A DNA stretch of 63,093 nucleotides, filler included, from Choristocarpus tenellus KU-1152 (lineage: Eukaryota > Protista > Phaeophyceae): the NCBI GenBank assembly GCA_964200185.2. It is 12 parts of 12 records of this genome, joined end to end, with 100 filler letters (N's around TTAATTAATTAA, not from the genome) between each part and the next. Parts side by side here need not be neighbours in the genome. Positions count along the whole stretch, not along the records: positions 11,991 to 18,228 come from CAXNAD020008599.1; positions 18,329 to 21,981 come from CAXNAD020018706.1; positions 22,082 to 29,142 come from CAXNAD020006768.1; 9 more parts are not named here. One strand, given 5' to 3'. Below, piece by piece: positions 12,368-25,651 of this stretch (positions are counted from its first letter, which is position 1; each line of letters begins with the position of its first letter). Made by a program: the position numbers and the translations under genes. Under the pieces are notes generated by a model that saw only the letters and a list, made by a program, of their open reading frames with translations, did not search any database and was not told where the DNA came from.

Positions 12368-13460
12368 TCAGCTAGTATATCCGTTGACTTTGACGGTTTT
12401 GCCCTCCTCTGAGGGCACACAGCACGCAGGTGGCCATTCTTCCCGCAGCTGTAAGACGCTCCTCCAAACGTACAAGAACAGAAATATCTGACCAATACAC
12501 TTGGTCAACTCCCTGGCACGGGATCCTGTCGTCCCAGGGTCTGTACAGAGACTAGTCGTACATTGGCCGCCTCCTGGGCTGACCCGTTTTTGGCTCCTTG
12601 TCAAGCTCGTAGTCCCTACGGCAAGAGTGCTCCCAGGCTCTCCACCTGTACGGAGACTAGTTGTACCTTGGCCGCCTCCTTGGCCAGCCCTTTTTTGGCT
12701 CCTTGTCGAGCTCGTAGCCCCTACGGCAAGAGCACTTCGTGGCTCTCCGCCATCTGCTACCTCTCATTGCAGAGAGAAATAGCACGAACGAGCAGCTTGC
12801 TGAATCTTAGCTCCCGTACGCTCACTCATATAAAAATACTGAAAGTATTGTGTGGCTATCTGGTAGTCATCGTCGAAACAAATCTAACATGGGAATTTGA
12901 AGCACCTGTTCGGACATCGCGTGCCCCATCATCGCCATCTACCCAGCCCAGTCCAACATTGTCGTAATAGTAATTTGGGGGTAGGACCCCCGTGGTATTT
13001 TGACCGCCATGACCTTCTCTTGAAGCCTTGCTATTTCCTCATCTGAATGGATTAGGAAATGTTCCGTAGCTGTTGCCAAACTTCTGAGGGTGAAGCTGCA
13101 TTGCGGACAATGCACCTGTAAAACCCCTTGGTGCTTCTCAGCAGGACGTACGTCATATGCCATTTTGACCTTGGTGACCTCTTCTTCAGCCACATTCTTC
13201 CCCTTGATGAAGTCCATGTCATCCACCCTGATGGGTTCCTCCCTGACCGCTAATGCCTCATCTATATCGCCCTTTGCGCCCCAAAATGGGTTATGGTGAA
13301 GCAATCAGCATAGTTGTCATCCGTTAGCTGAAGGAGTTTGGTGTGAAACCCACCTGAAGTTATGCGTGATGTAATACCAACTCCGGCTGTGCCTCCCCTA
13401 GCTAGAGTTTGGATTAGGAGTGCTTAAAGCGTGTTGAAAAGCTTGACGCATGTAAGGCTC
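12368..13460 (-). pseudogene. Decayed intronless ORF with one C2H2 zinc finger and a 105-bp (35-aa) internal duplication; probably TE-borne
   Basis: HCPQCSFTLRSLATATEHFLIH lies in ORF 12939-13304, and the frame continues both ways through stops. Duplicated units start at about 12547 and 12652. Confidence 0.4.
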
Positions 13461-13599
13461 GTCACAGAAAGCTAGTAGTTGAGTTACATGGTAAAGCACG
13501 CACTGAATATTAATTTTCCACTGGGCCATTGTCTTAGCCATCAATTATCTCTGACGTATGACCAAAGACTGACCCATCAAGCCGCTATGCACGTTACTA

Positions 13600-15300
13600 C
13601 TTTGTGCTGTACCGAACCAAAGATAAACGTACATGAAACCTATATTATATACCTGTATCAGCACAGACAACGTGAGGATAACACCAAGTTATTTGACAAT
13701 GCATGCTATCATGTTTGTCATGCGACAGGTAGCCGCATTATCAAAAATCCACTCTTCTCTTTCGTGGCCAACCCCAAACACTTGACACCGAACATTCATA
13801 TACCCCACACTTGCCTTGAGCATTGCTGCTCGGAGCGTCATCAGTGATGGCCAGTAGTGCGTACTGTTCGTTGTCATCGCTGCTGGTCGTACTTTCCATG
13901 GTGATGTGAGAAGGCTTCACGCCGTGGCAGGTATCAAGGAGAATGCCGAGCAGCTGGTGAGTATTTTCTTCGTATGTGGTGTTGGGGGAAGTGGCAGTGG
14001 TGGAAGGACAGGAAGCGCGCTGGATCAGAACTCGATGGGCCCAAGGGGCCACACATTCAAGATGCCCACAAAGTCGAGCTTGAATGCGTCCCAGGAGGAG
14101 TAATCGCCAGGGGAGATGAATTGTTTCAGCTTGCGTTCCATGGTGGTACAAGTGGTGTTATCTGGTGTGGTGAGGGTGTTCGGGCAGTACAAGACAAGGT
14201 CTGGAAAATGTGGTGTAAGTATGTGTCGATCAAGTGTTTGAGGCTCACAACCTGTTGAAACTTGAATTGAATGAGTTGTGTTTTTGTGTGCAATGGATAG
14301 TTTGTGATGTAATGAGGTGTCATATTGCCGCAAAGCACCGGTGAGTTTATTCTGTTGAAACTGACGTTATTGCTTGCTCAGTCAGAAGATGAACGATGTG
14401 AATTCGGGGGTCTTCCTTGATGCACTCAAAGGAGGAAATGCATGATAACAGGACCTGCCACTCGACACATAAAATGTGAAAAACATGGGCTACTCTTCAT
14501 TTGATTTGTCTTGTTACGATACAGTATTACCAGCCCATACTGACTGTTGATTCGTACATTGTGCTGGGGACGTAATCTCCACTTACTCCATTAGCTCCTC
14601 ATCACAACACCATCTATCACCTCCAGAACACCACAGTACATAGGAAGCATCAGAACAGTCACTACCTATCACACATACAGGCATAATATGTGTCACATCA
14701 GTTTCCCCTAAGATATTGATTCAAGTTTGTCTCCTTGTTTCTTCTTCTGTTTTTCTTCTTCACATCAGAAGTCTTCAGTTGTACATCATGTGTTGATTAT
14801 CATTTTTCTTGGCTGGCAATGCCCCCTTGTAAGACATCAAGCTCACTCTGCACTAAAAGTCTACCTGATACACACCGGGATGCAATATACTCCGAGTCAA
14901 AACATCCTCAGAAACCCTTCTCACCGAAGGTGAAAAGTCTCTTCACAGAGCATGTATTTCTTCGTTTGAGCGTCTCAATGAATGACCCCACATTCACATC
15001 AACCATCACCTGATTGAGCAAAACATGTCGTCAGATCTACCAGACCAAATTCAACAGTGATTTATTGCACTATGATGCCTCTTCGCCCCAAGCTAGCCAT
15101 ATACAGCACAGTCAAGCACGTTTCATTCGAACTCGGGTTTCAACAGAAACACTCAAAGTTGCATACCAGAGGAAAATGCATCTGAAATTTTCTTCATCAA
15201 GGGTGCCGTGCCTATGGCTGTGGTGCAGGTCATGAACGATCTGAAAGAGAATGTTTAGGCTCTGAATTGATGCTGATGCAGGCGATTGTCAAGGCGGAAA
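13600..15300 (-). mobile_element. Decayed Ty1/Copia gag-pol fragments
   Basis: EREEWIFDNAATCRMT (about 13715-13765) matches the Copia protease motif WxxDSGATxHMT. Gag-like text lies upstream (KQFISPGDYSSWDAFKLDF). The region has many stops. Confidence 0.5.
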
Positions 15301-15338
15301 CACTATTGAGGGGAACCATAAGGCACCCTACGTCCTAT

Positions 15339-15517
15339 GACTCAACGTATCTGGGGGGGCGTGGGGGTTGTCCATTTGGGGTCCATATTTTCATGTCATG
15401 ATTTTTGGATGATTTGGTTGCATGCATCGGATGGATGATACAAGTGCGATTTCCCTGGTCAGGGCCCGAATGGACACCCAGGTCTAGAGCTCCCCCCCCC
15501 ACACAGATACTTTAGCC
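15339..15517. mobile_element. MITE family B (TIR GRCYCAAAGTATCTGGGGG), TSD TAT
   Basis: tat|gactcaacgtatctgggggg ... cagatactttagcc|tat. Confidence 0.85.
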
Positions 15518-16344
15518 TATGAGAAAAGGTATTTGTGGGCGTACGCGATTTCCCCTCCTGTTCCTGCTCACATTCTGTATCCTCGTGAGATGTGTGACAT
15601 ACAAAAAGGTCTGTTAGGTTTAGAGTAATTGAAGACCCAATCTTAAAAATGATAAGGTGAAAGAGGAAACTTGTCCTGAAGGATGTGGAGAAGGTTGATC
15701 TCTTTCTCAAGATCATCAAGTTCTCCAAGGGTGTTACCCTAAACAACGGTGCTGACGACGAAGGTAAGAAACTGTAACATCCTTCGTTAGTGAGTTGTGT
15801 ATACTTTGCCTAACTTAATACTGGCACCTAAGCCTTTCAGTTTATATCGTTTCACCACTTGTGTGCCCATTACGTGTAGTGCAAAAGTCGCTCTTCCTGT
15901 CTCTGAATCTTCTTCAATATATAATACCATATCATTTCCTACACCACACAATACCACACATCACCGTCTCTTGAGGTGTACATGACTCTCAAAGTGATGA
16001 AAAACATTATATGATTTCATCAATAAATTAAGTTTGGTTATGACCCGACGACTGACGCATATAAGTGTATTGTACCTGTTTTTTCCTTTTCACATTGTAA
16101 TGACTTACCTGTATTTTATACGTACCTTTGGCATACACTGGTTGTACAGAAAACAACATGGCATGTATTCCATGTTAAAACGTCAACAAGGATCCTCAAT
16201 TACTGTTCAACCTCGATTTCCTTTGACCTTTCCTTGTCCCAACATCCGCTGTTCCATTGGGTTGACATTGGTTGTTGCAATGGTGAGGCTGATGGTCGGT
16301 TTGTTCTTGATATGTCGGGAGTGTTAAATGAAAAGGTGTAATGA

Positions 16345-16451
16345 CGTTGACACTTCTTAACAAACATCATAGTCAAAGTTACATCAAAATCGGAACATTG
16401 GTATATTGTCCCCAAACGGATGCGGCTCTACCCTCTAAGATACTTTGACTC
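16345..16451. mobile_element. MITE family A half-copy abutting and truncating the mariner transposase
   Basis: Ends taccctctaagatactttgactc, immediately adjacent to the DLCFF codons of the transposase. Confidence 0.75.
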
Positions 16452-17387
16452 TGAAGAAGCACAGGTCCATGATATTGAGGTCGGGGGAGTTAGATGGCTG
16501 CGTCACAAGCCTAATCGACCACCCCTCAGACTCCCCCGCCCCTAACAAGATTTCTGAGCTGCTCTTGCCCGTGTGGGGGATGGCATCGTCTTGCTAAACA
16601 ACAACGTGCTTCTCCTGCAACCAAGGCATCTTGGTCTTGATTGCAGGTAGTAACTCCTCCGTGCACCACTTCCTGTACCACAAATGGTCTAAGGTACACT
16701 CCTGCTCATACACATCCCCTTTTTATGGTTCTTGCTTGTCCTGTCCACCGTTTTTGGCGCACACACACGCCAAACACCAAGCTGCCCATCAAAGCTGTGA
16801 GCCGAATATGGGCGGTTGTTGGCTGCAATGATCACGGGTTTGGGGATGTGACTCTTGTGCTGCACAGTAGGGGACCCTAGAAGGTCACTATCATCCTCAT
16901 GTGGAAATGCCCTAACTCTTTCCCCATCAGCCATCACGTAAGACCAGGTTTCAGCCACATGGGCCGTGTTTGTTATGGAGGCGTACACACCACGTTTCCG
17001 GTCCACTTGATGGCAAACAAAGTCTATTCTCCATGCCTTTTCCCACAATTTAAGCTTGGGTTTGGTCCAGCGGCGATTCAGCATGGCCCCCATATTATCC
17101 AACCACCTATTTATGGTGCTCGTGCTACGATTCAGTCCCTTGGCGACCATCTTCATTGTCACCTGACACAATGTGGATGACCGATTATCGGAGTTCATAG
17201 CATGTACTGCGACCATCTTGGTCGGTGTGAGCTCCGAAGGCCGCCCACTACGTGCCGCCACCCCTAGGTCAAGTGCGTGTGTTACAGCACGCTCCAGAAG
17301 CTTACCTCCACAGGATGTATATGCCCTGTCCACAAGCCTATAGATGACGATGATGCCCATACAGACTCCTGATGCGCAAGTCGTCAA
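16452..17387 (-). mobile_element. Tc1/mariner transposase pseudogene of the plant-type DD39D-like clade
   Basis: Motifs SGRP, KPKLKLWEKAWRIDFV, HVAETW (HxDEKW), VQHKSHIPK, RP..FDGQLGVW and RTSKNHKKG. After a frameshift come LLPAIKTKMP, (*)QDDAIPH and QPSNSPDLNIMDLCFF. The first catalytic D is mutated, and there is an in-frame TAG. Confidence 0.9.
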
Positions 17388-18147
17388 GTATACTGGATCT
17401 CACTTGGATTATTCCCTCCAGAAGTATCGTCAATATCACTATATAAAAGGAACTGGCAACGATGTGTACCAATTGGGGGCATGATAGTAACTAAATAATA
17501 AATAGTCAAGAAGTACAAATATATATCAAATCTAAGGACTTCAAGGTCATGAAGGTGTTTATGAAACCGCCAAAAAGACGTATCACCTGTAACATGCCCC
17601 CCTAGCATGAAGCATAACTGCTTCAAATGCGACAAACAGGCGATTGGGCAAGGAAATATCATGTCACTCCTTACTTATCCTATCATGAACGTAGCAGAAA
17701 TTAAATGAATGCCACTTCCAGGTCCTAACATATCATTAGGCAGCGTTGGGGATCCAGAGGAGGAGGAAACTTAGAGGAAAAACCTGTTAGAACACTAGTA
17801 AACCCCCTTCCAATGTCTGCCCTCACAGCAGATATATTAGCGTGACACTCGCACCTCACGGCACTCACTCTGCATTTGACTAAACATTCAAAAGAAAACT
17901 GCCTACTCCAAAGTCTCACACACACGTCAAAGGTAGGGTACTGTCAGAAAAGGCTCCACCCCCTCTAAGCTTAGAAACACAAATACAAAAGACCATAGTG
18001 GCACTGAACTTGGGCACTGCCACAGACTCGCCCCCTTCAGATCTAAAACGCAGCAACAACAGGAAACTAAGGCAATGGCTCACGGTCAAAAAAGAGGTTG
18101 GGTGCTGCCATGGAAAGGCTTAGCCTTCTTACGAATTAAGGACATTT

Positions 18148-18228
18148 GACCCAAAGTATCTGGGAGGGGTGGAGGGGTCTACACCAGGGTGTCCATTTGG
18201 ACCAGAATAAGGAAAAATGCATTTACAG
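18148..18228. mobile_element. MITE family B, truncated by the contig end
   Basis: gacccaaagtatctgggagggg..ggtctacaccagggtgtccatt is the reverse complement of the family B right end. Confidence 0.75.
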
Positions 18229-18328
18229 NNNNNNNNNNNNNNNNNNNNNNNNNNNNNNNNNNNNNNNNNNNNTTAATTAATTAANNNNNNNNNNNNNNNN
18301 NNNNNNNNNNNNNNNNNNNNNNNNNNNN

Positions 18329-18393
18329 AAATGGCAACATTGGATTGTGGCTCCCAAATGGACGTGGCTCTACCCTCTAAGATAGTTTGACTC
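18329..18393. mobile_element. MITE family A terminus at the contig start
   Basis: ctctaccctctaagatagtttgactc|taa. Confidence 0.7.
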
Positions 18394-21300
18394 TAACTCT
18401 TTGGTACATTAATTTTAACTTGCATGGAGGGATGGTGTACAATTGACAAAGCTAGTACTGGAGATGCTATGGCACATTGCATCGTTGTTGGACTTTGGAT
18501 TTTCTGTAGCAAGAACTGGTGAATAATTCACTGTTCATCTCTTGGCATGTGTGTCTGTTGTTGTGAACCCATCAGCACCTGCCACATGCATTGTTCGCAT
18601 TCCATCTTCTTGCCCGTTCACTCTCAGTCTTCCACGTTTCATTCTGTGCCGTTACTACATTCCCTCGTAGAACTCCAATCGACACTGAGATGCAAATCAT
18701 CATCTAGATCCTGCTCCTCCTTGTCACTTCCAGGTGGAGTCTGCTCTTGCAAGCGCAGCAGCTGTTTCGTTTCGGAAATCTCCTCGTCTACCAGTTGTAC
18801 GGGACACTGGAACTCCTGGACCAGGGTCTTATGGGACAGTTTCTTCCCTTGGGTTACAGGTACATACTTGACATTCCATCATACACATCTATGTATATAT
18901 ATAAATTTGGAAGTTGTGTGATGCTCACTGTTCTTTCACTGGTCACAACTGTTTCACTATCATAGAGTACAGTGTATGGTATCAAAATTTCTACAGTGGG
19001 TGGCAGAAGTGTGGATTGTGAGGAGTGTGTGAAAACATCCTTGGGGTTTATTTCTTGTTCAGGTTCAAAAACAAGGCCTGGATGAAAATGTGCTTTCTTG
19101 CTTGCTTTGAAGCGACACATACACCACCGCTTCAACCAGGCAGACTTCAAAGCCCCCCTTAAGGATGAATCAACTTCACAGTCTCAAAGGCCGCCTTTCT
19201 TCTTTTTTTCTGTCTCCTCTGTTAAACAAACGCTGCTGATACTTACAGTATTGATCCTATAATGTAGTCTGGAGTATCATAGTATGCACGCTGCTGTGTA
19301 TTCCCCTTGCAATCTACATATATAACGTATATGTTGTTGGTTCTTACCTCAACATGTGGCCAAGTCCAAAACCAAGTAAAGTGTAGGTAATCGTGTTTAC
19401 CACGGTGACAGTAAGGTGGAAAGTATTCACATACCAGTTTTTGGCAGTTGCTGCGATGAAGCTTTCGATGGTTGGCCGGATGGGTTTGTGGTATAAATTA
19501 AGTGTAAACACGGTATAGAGTACAACACTTACATTGCCAAACAACTCTTCCACAGCTCTTCATGCTGCATTCTCAACCAAATCGGCACACAAAGCCCTTG
19601 TACGCAAAATTGTTGTAATCAGACCTTATATTGCAAGCAAGTCAGAGCTGTTACTTGGCGCGCTGCAGCATGCAGAAAGACAAAAAAGAGTTTAAAACAT
19701 CTGACCAAGGAGCATCTTGTGTCTACCTGACAGGTATCCTCAACCAGTGTGACTGCACCAGTTACAGGTTTTGGCACAAGTGAACGCCTCCCTTTTGATG
19801 ATGACTGGTAGCACTTCACAACAGGCCGGCCACTTGTCGTTTGTTGCTCAGGCTGTGAGGCCTTGGTGTGCTGACTGACTACGAAACCGAGATGTTGATA
19901 ACCGTTGCCCTTGTTGTCGTTGGGAACCATTGCAAGAGCGATAAGATCCCTCCATGGGAAGGAAGAGTCGCGAAGGAGGCAAAGAGATTGAAAGTCTGTG
20001 CTGTTGATTAATCGTTGTGCATGGACGTGTACCGGGTGGTATTGACCATGCTTGGAGTGCAACATGTGTTTGTACTTGAAGGGTGATACAGCACATTAGG
20101 AGTGTGACCGGTTGAAACCAATGTAAAACTAGATATACATTTTTCCTACCATGTGGTTGTGGTGTGTGAGTGAGGCTCTGAACCGAGCACACAACATGGA
20201 GCTCTATAGTACTAGTATTTGAGCTAACCCGTTGTAGACAGGAGAGGAATACAGGACAAGGTCTTCTTCGCACCCAAGCAAAACTCATGTCAGAATGGTG
20301 ATTTCTGGAGTAGAGAAGTAGTATTAGATGCGGGTGAAACAATATTATTTGACAGCCAAGGAAGGTTGACTGAAAGAGGGTAGGAAAATGACGACAGAGA
20401 GGCAGATGTGCAGGGTCATTCGCTTGGGGGCAGGAAGCTATATGTTCGTGCCCCAACATTTGCAACCTGTTTGCAAAGGCGTTTAATGGCTAAAGGAGAG
20501 TACCGGATAGGTTTTGACTGGATTTTGACGTATTGTAGGGATTTGAACTGTTTCATTGGATTGTGTGGAGACACCATATCGATAGTGTATGTGACAGATG
20601 ACTGTCTGTTACAAATTGTTTGCGTTCTGCACCAGATGTGTTTGTGAGGTTTGGTTGCTGATGGCTGTAGGTATAAAGGAGGGGTACCCAAAATACATTC
20701 CATGGATTCCACTTTGCTTTTGGATACACTCACAACAAAATCACTCATATTTAAGCCAGTCCAACACTCAATTTGCCATCTTCACAAAGAGTACAGCATC
20801 ATCATGGAATAGATGAGTTCCTTGACTGTTCTTGTACTGGCATTCTTAGGACTAGTACCAATAACAGCAGTTTGCAACAAGGAGGGTTCAAGAGCATATA
20901 AGGAGGTACGCTATACATGACCCACAAAATAGATTGTTGCTGGTTGGTGGTGAAGTCAGATTCCTCTGGCAAGGCCGCAATGAGACGTCTTGAAACACAA
21001 TTCTATACTGTCTCGATTATTCAATATAGGGGAAGACTGCTACAACAGCAGTAGCGTATGTGTAGTACTAGGGTAATAATACTTACTATAATATAATGGT
21101 GACGGATACCAATCCAACTCGTCCAAGTCCAAGGTAATAATAAAGTACTAATACTATAAATGAAATTAACACAGAGATACTAACTAGAGGCATACTTGAA
21201 GTACTACCCAACACACGCAGAATAAAATGAAGTACTCGTGATGGTAGATGGTATCAAATATCACTGTGAGTTCTGTACCAGTGGGGAAGCCAAGCAGGAG

Positions 21301-21920
21301 TGAGCACAGCAGCCAGTCAAGACCACCTCGCAATGTAGCACAATAATGCTGCGTATTATTAGTGGCTCCTTTCTTTTTTGTTGTTGGTGCGGGTGGTACA
21401 TATTACTAGGTACTAATAGTATCTATTTATTGACATGCTGTTGTACTGGATCCACTGTTATCTCCCACCTCATGATTCCATGCGGACTCTAGGCCACGTC
21501 AGAGAAGGAAACATTTTACTCTCACATATCGATGTAGCAAACTCTGGGTAAATAATAAAATGTATCATGATTGGCGATGAGGGCACAAATAAGTTGATCG
21601 TGAGGGAATAGAAAATGCGATTCAAGACACCATAATATCATACTTCGAAGAAACTATACATCAACTTGTCCACACAGCAAGGACAGGTACCTCCAGTAGT
21701 AGTTGACTGACTGTCCTGTCTACTATTTAGACCTTACGCACCAACACCATTCCAATGACTTCAAACACCACCACTCAGTTGAAGAGCACCAAACGGTCAC
21801 CTGGTTCAAACTAGGAGATTCTGCTCAAATACTCTATCCCTATCTCTGGGGATCCCCACATTAAAGTACTTCGGTTTAATCCGTAATATATTTGCCACTC
21901 TACAGGTTCTATTTGCCGTG

Positions 21921-21981
21921 AACAGCCGATTTCAAAAATTGAGGATGGAGCTTTTCATTGAGGATGGGCTTGACCCAAAAT
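21921..21981. mobile_element. MITE family C left arm, truncated
   Basis: Identical to 32439 onward: aacagccgatttcaaaaattgaggatggagc. Confidence 0.8.
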
Positions 21982-22081
21982 NNNNNNNNNNNNNNNNNNN
22001 NNNNNNNNNNNNNNNNNNNNNNNNNTTAATTAATTAANNNNNNNNNNNNNNNNNNNNNNNNNNNNNNNNNNNNNNNNNNNN

Positions 22082-22255
22082 CCCCCACACTGTACTACTA
22101 CCACATTCGGCATGGATTCCCATTAAAAAAGGGGCCCTTAAAAAGTGCCGCAACATTTATAAAAAAAAAACATATCGACACTTTTAACAGGACAATTTTG
22201 GGTGAAACTCATCCTCCATAGTATGCTCCATCCTCAATTTTGCTGAGAGGCTGTT
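22082..22255. mobile_element. MITE family C, subfamily C2 end
   Basis: Near-exact reverse complement of 33681-33820; ends ctccatcctcaattttgctgagaggctgtt. Confidence 0.75.
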
Positions 22256-25200
22256 ATTGGCTATGCCCTTCCAGATTGCGTGTAACAGACTATTTGTGCC
22301 TCCAACGAAGGTGTGAAAATCCTTGAAGATCATGGCTTGTGAGACACTATTAGCCCCTTCACAAACGAAGGGCATTGCACGGGCATCCTCTATTTAGTAG
22401 CTTCATGGGAGTTGGGTGGCATCCCATTTTCATTGTTTCAAATATCTGCACTCAAACCTGTGAAGGCTACATTTTTGTTTGAACTTCAACCTTGCAATCA
22501 TAAAGTCACCTTATGTATTTCTATATATTGCTACCATATACTCTTGAGTAATACATTGGAAGCAACCATGCAGTTCAATGCTTAACTCACACACAAATAT
22601 ATATATATATATTTATATTTATGAAGTTAAAATATATACTTGTGCTAGATTTATGTCACCCCTATCACAGAGGACAGAAAAAGTGAAAAAGTACACTGCA
22701 AGATAGATAGTGTATGCATGTATGGAATACACTCTGATGAGTACTAGTTCCACGAGCAAATAAATGAGGAAGATCCGGAGATCGGACAACTACGACTCAC
22801 GGAATAATTAGATCATTTCGCCATTGCGAGCGATAGGGAGACCTGTTTTGCACCATTCCCTCTTTCAACAAACATGATCACTATGAAGCATGTGGAGATA
22901 GTTTAATCATGCTAACCTGCAGAGTCAATTTGCACACAAACCATCTACTACTTATTATCGTTGCTACTGTACTGCTGTCAAGGAAAAAAAAACTTTGCAA
23001 CAGACAAACTCTGGTCGATATCGTCATGTCATAGACAATCGTAGATAATTAATTTATGGCTTCAAAAAAAGAATTGATCATGGACAACAGTTACCCAATA
23101 CTTCTTAGAAAATTGTGCATTTTTGTATACTATAGTTTTGTTTCTGTGTGCAAGATAATGTGTTTTTAGTCAGCGCTACTTCACTATACTACTGTACACC
23201 ATACTAGAGTAGATGAAAAGACATTGACAAAGCAGGGGATCACTCTATTTCTCCAACTCAATATACACTGCTACAATGTGTATATGCTACGTTTGTTGTG
23301 GACCTAACCCTAACCCAATTTCTGTCTGTTCTCCATCTCTTCACAACTGACAACAACAGGTCAGTATCAACAATATACACGACAGTACTGTGACTGAAAC
23401 AACAGTGTGCACCATGTCGATTGTCTCTCTCTGTAGAAGATGCGCGCAAGCCACATGGAAACACCTCACACTAACCCTAACCCCATGCATCACAACATAA
23501 TTAAATAGTACTAGTGAGTACAACGGTAGGGTCTGCCGTAGGAAGTACAAAAAATACTACATTTTTCAAACCAATGTATACACATGTAATTGTTTCATCA
23601 TTAATACCTACAATACCTACCCAAGAGGGTTACGTAAGCAATGGAGATATCTGCAAGGAACAGAGTGAAATACTGCAATGTTTCACCTACAGCTCAATAT
23701 GGGTCAACTGTTGACACAAAGAGGTAGCGAAAGTGAGTTGAAGAGATAGTATCTATGGTGACCCTGTTCGCTGGGCCTGTGCTCTTATTGCAGCAGAGTA
23801 ATGGTATTAAGTCTTGTGATCGAGAAAGGACGGACAACAGACCCCTCAACACTCTAATGCAGGTGGGACCAGCATAACTATTGACATGCACCACAACCAT
23901 TTCCAGCCATGAAGTGAATTTTTTAATTGACTGCAGAGTGAACACACTCTCCTCACACGGAGTCCATGTACCATAACTACTTCCCCACATCGCCCCTTAA
24001 AAGGTACACCATAATAACACCTCAAGTACGTATGGAGTAAATGGTCTTTGGAAAGGCATCTCTTACATTTATGGTAACTACTGTTATACTTACTTTTACA
24101 GGGGTCTTTGTGATACTGGTTTTCTTTTTTCTCCGACACACTTGCAAAAAGTGCAAGAACATAATAAAATAACATGTTACTACGATACCTCTTGTGTATA
24201 ATATATATATATATATATATATCATTATGGCCATGGTGAACAAACTTCAAATTGAAAAAATCACCACGGAAAATGTCCTCATCGTGTCCAATATCACCAC
24301 GCTTCTGTACAATTCATAGGAACAGTGAACCAATTTTCAGGATGCATGTCCCTTCACATCGATATTGACTTAAGGTTAGGGATAGTGCACAGTAAGGGTA
24401 TTCTTTTAAAACATACCTTGCTAATGTAGCATTCCAACAATATACCAAGTCTCTTCTCCTGTGCTCAACACACCTGGTCATACATACCAGGGACATCATA
24501 TTGCCATGAATCACTACAATCACCAACACCAACATGAAAAACTAAAGCCAGTAGGGTTTCTCTTGTGAGCCAGCAGAAAGCCCTATACCCTACCACTGAC
24601 TGGCAACACCTGCCATGACTGTTTCCTTGTACTGACAAAACAAACACTGATACTCACTGCGAAACAGGTCAACAGTCAACCAATCACATCGAGCAACACA
24701 TCACTGCTTCTAAGGGGAACAAAAAAAGAATAATAAAACACCTACAGGTAATAACAAAAAAAACTTACACAACCACCTACAAAGTACACAACACTGACAA
24801 GTTATGGATACATGCAATGCCAACTACATTTTGCACAACACCTCCTGGATCTTCGATTAATGCTTGTTCACCCATATGTGTTACTGTACTAGAGGTCAAG
24901 TGCTTCAAATAACTCAATCCATACCTCCCCCCCCCTCCTTCCCCCACCCCTCTAGGATTGGACCCCATGGTCCTCTCACCCTCTTTCAGTGCATTGATGG
25001 GCGGCACTGGTGGGCATGGTTACACAAACTTAATCTTCATTCCATCTTCACCAAAAAATTGAGTCCATTTTAGACAATTAACTCAACACTTGACAGTCGA
25101 AGACTTGAAAATCAATGCTACCACCACCTTTCCAAACCCTCCTATGTCTTTACTTTACAATAGTACCTACCACATCAATATTCCCTGTCCTCTCCCCAAG

Positions 25201-25651
25201 CCCCCTCCCCCATAAACCATCTAACCAGGGGAAAGCATCAACAAACATTTCTGAGGAATAAATTAAACCTGCGTTAGGACAATGCATCTCCTCGTGAGGG
25301 TACCTGTAACACTTGAGCAGGCATAGATAAGCAGGCAAAACCACACTATTTCCAAACATTGAGAAAGCTGTTGGGGTTCCTGAGCACACACACCTTCAAC
25401 AGTCTCTCAACTAATTGTTCATAAAAAAATGCAACACTCCAATAGATCCATTCCAGAGTGTATGATAAGACGAACAGACACAGACACAGACACATAGACA
25501 CATCTTAGTATACCAAAGCAGCGCACATCAAGATCACATCATCTTCACGGGGTGAATGGAGGGGGGGGGAAGGGGAGCAGAAACTTGAGTGTTGTACCTA
25601 CATTCAAAGGGAAGGCATCACTGCACACAAGACAAAGCAGAAGACACCTCA

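Noticed and set aside
22734-22770. CTGATGAG hammerhead-like core
   Set aside because: No downstream GAAA and no supporting stems.
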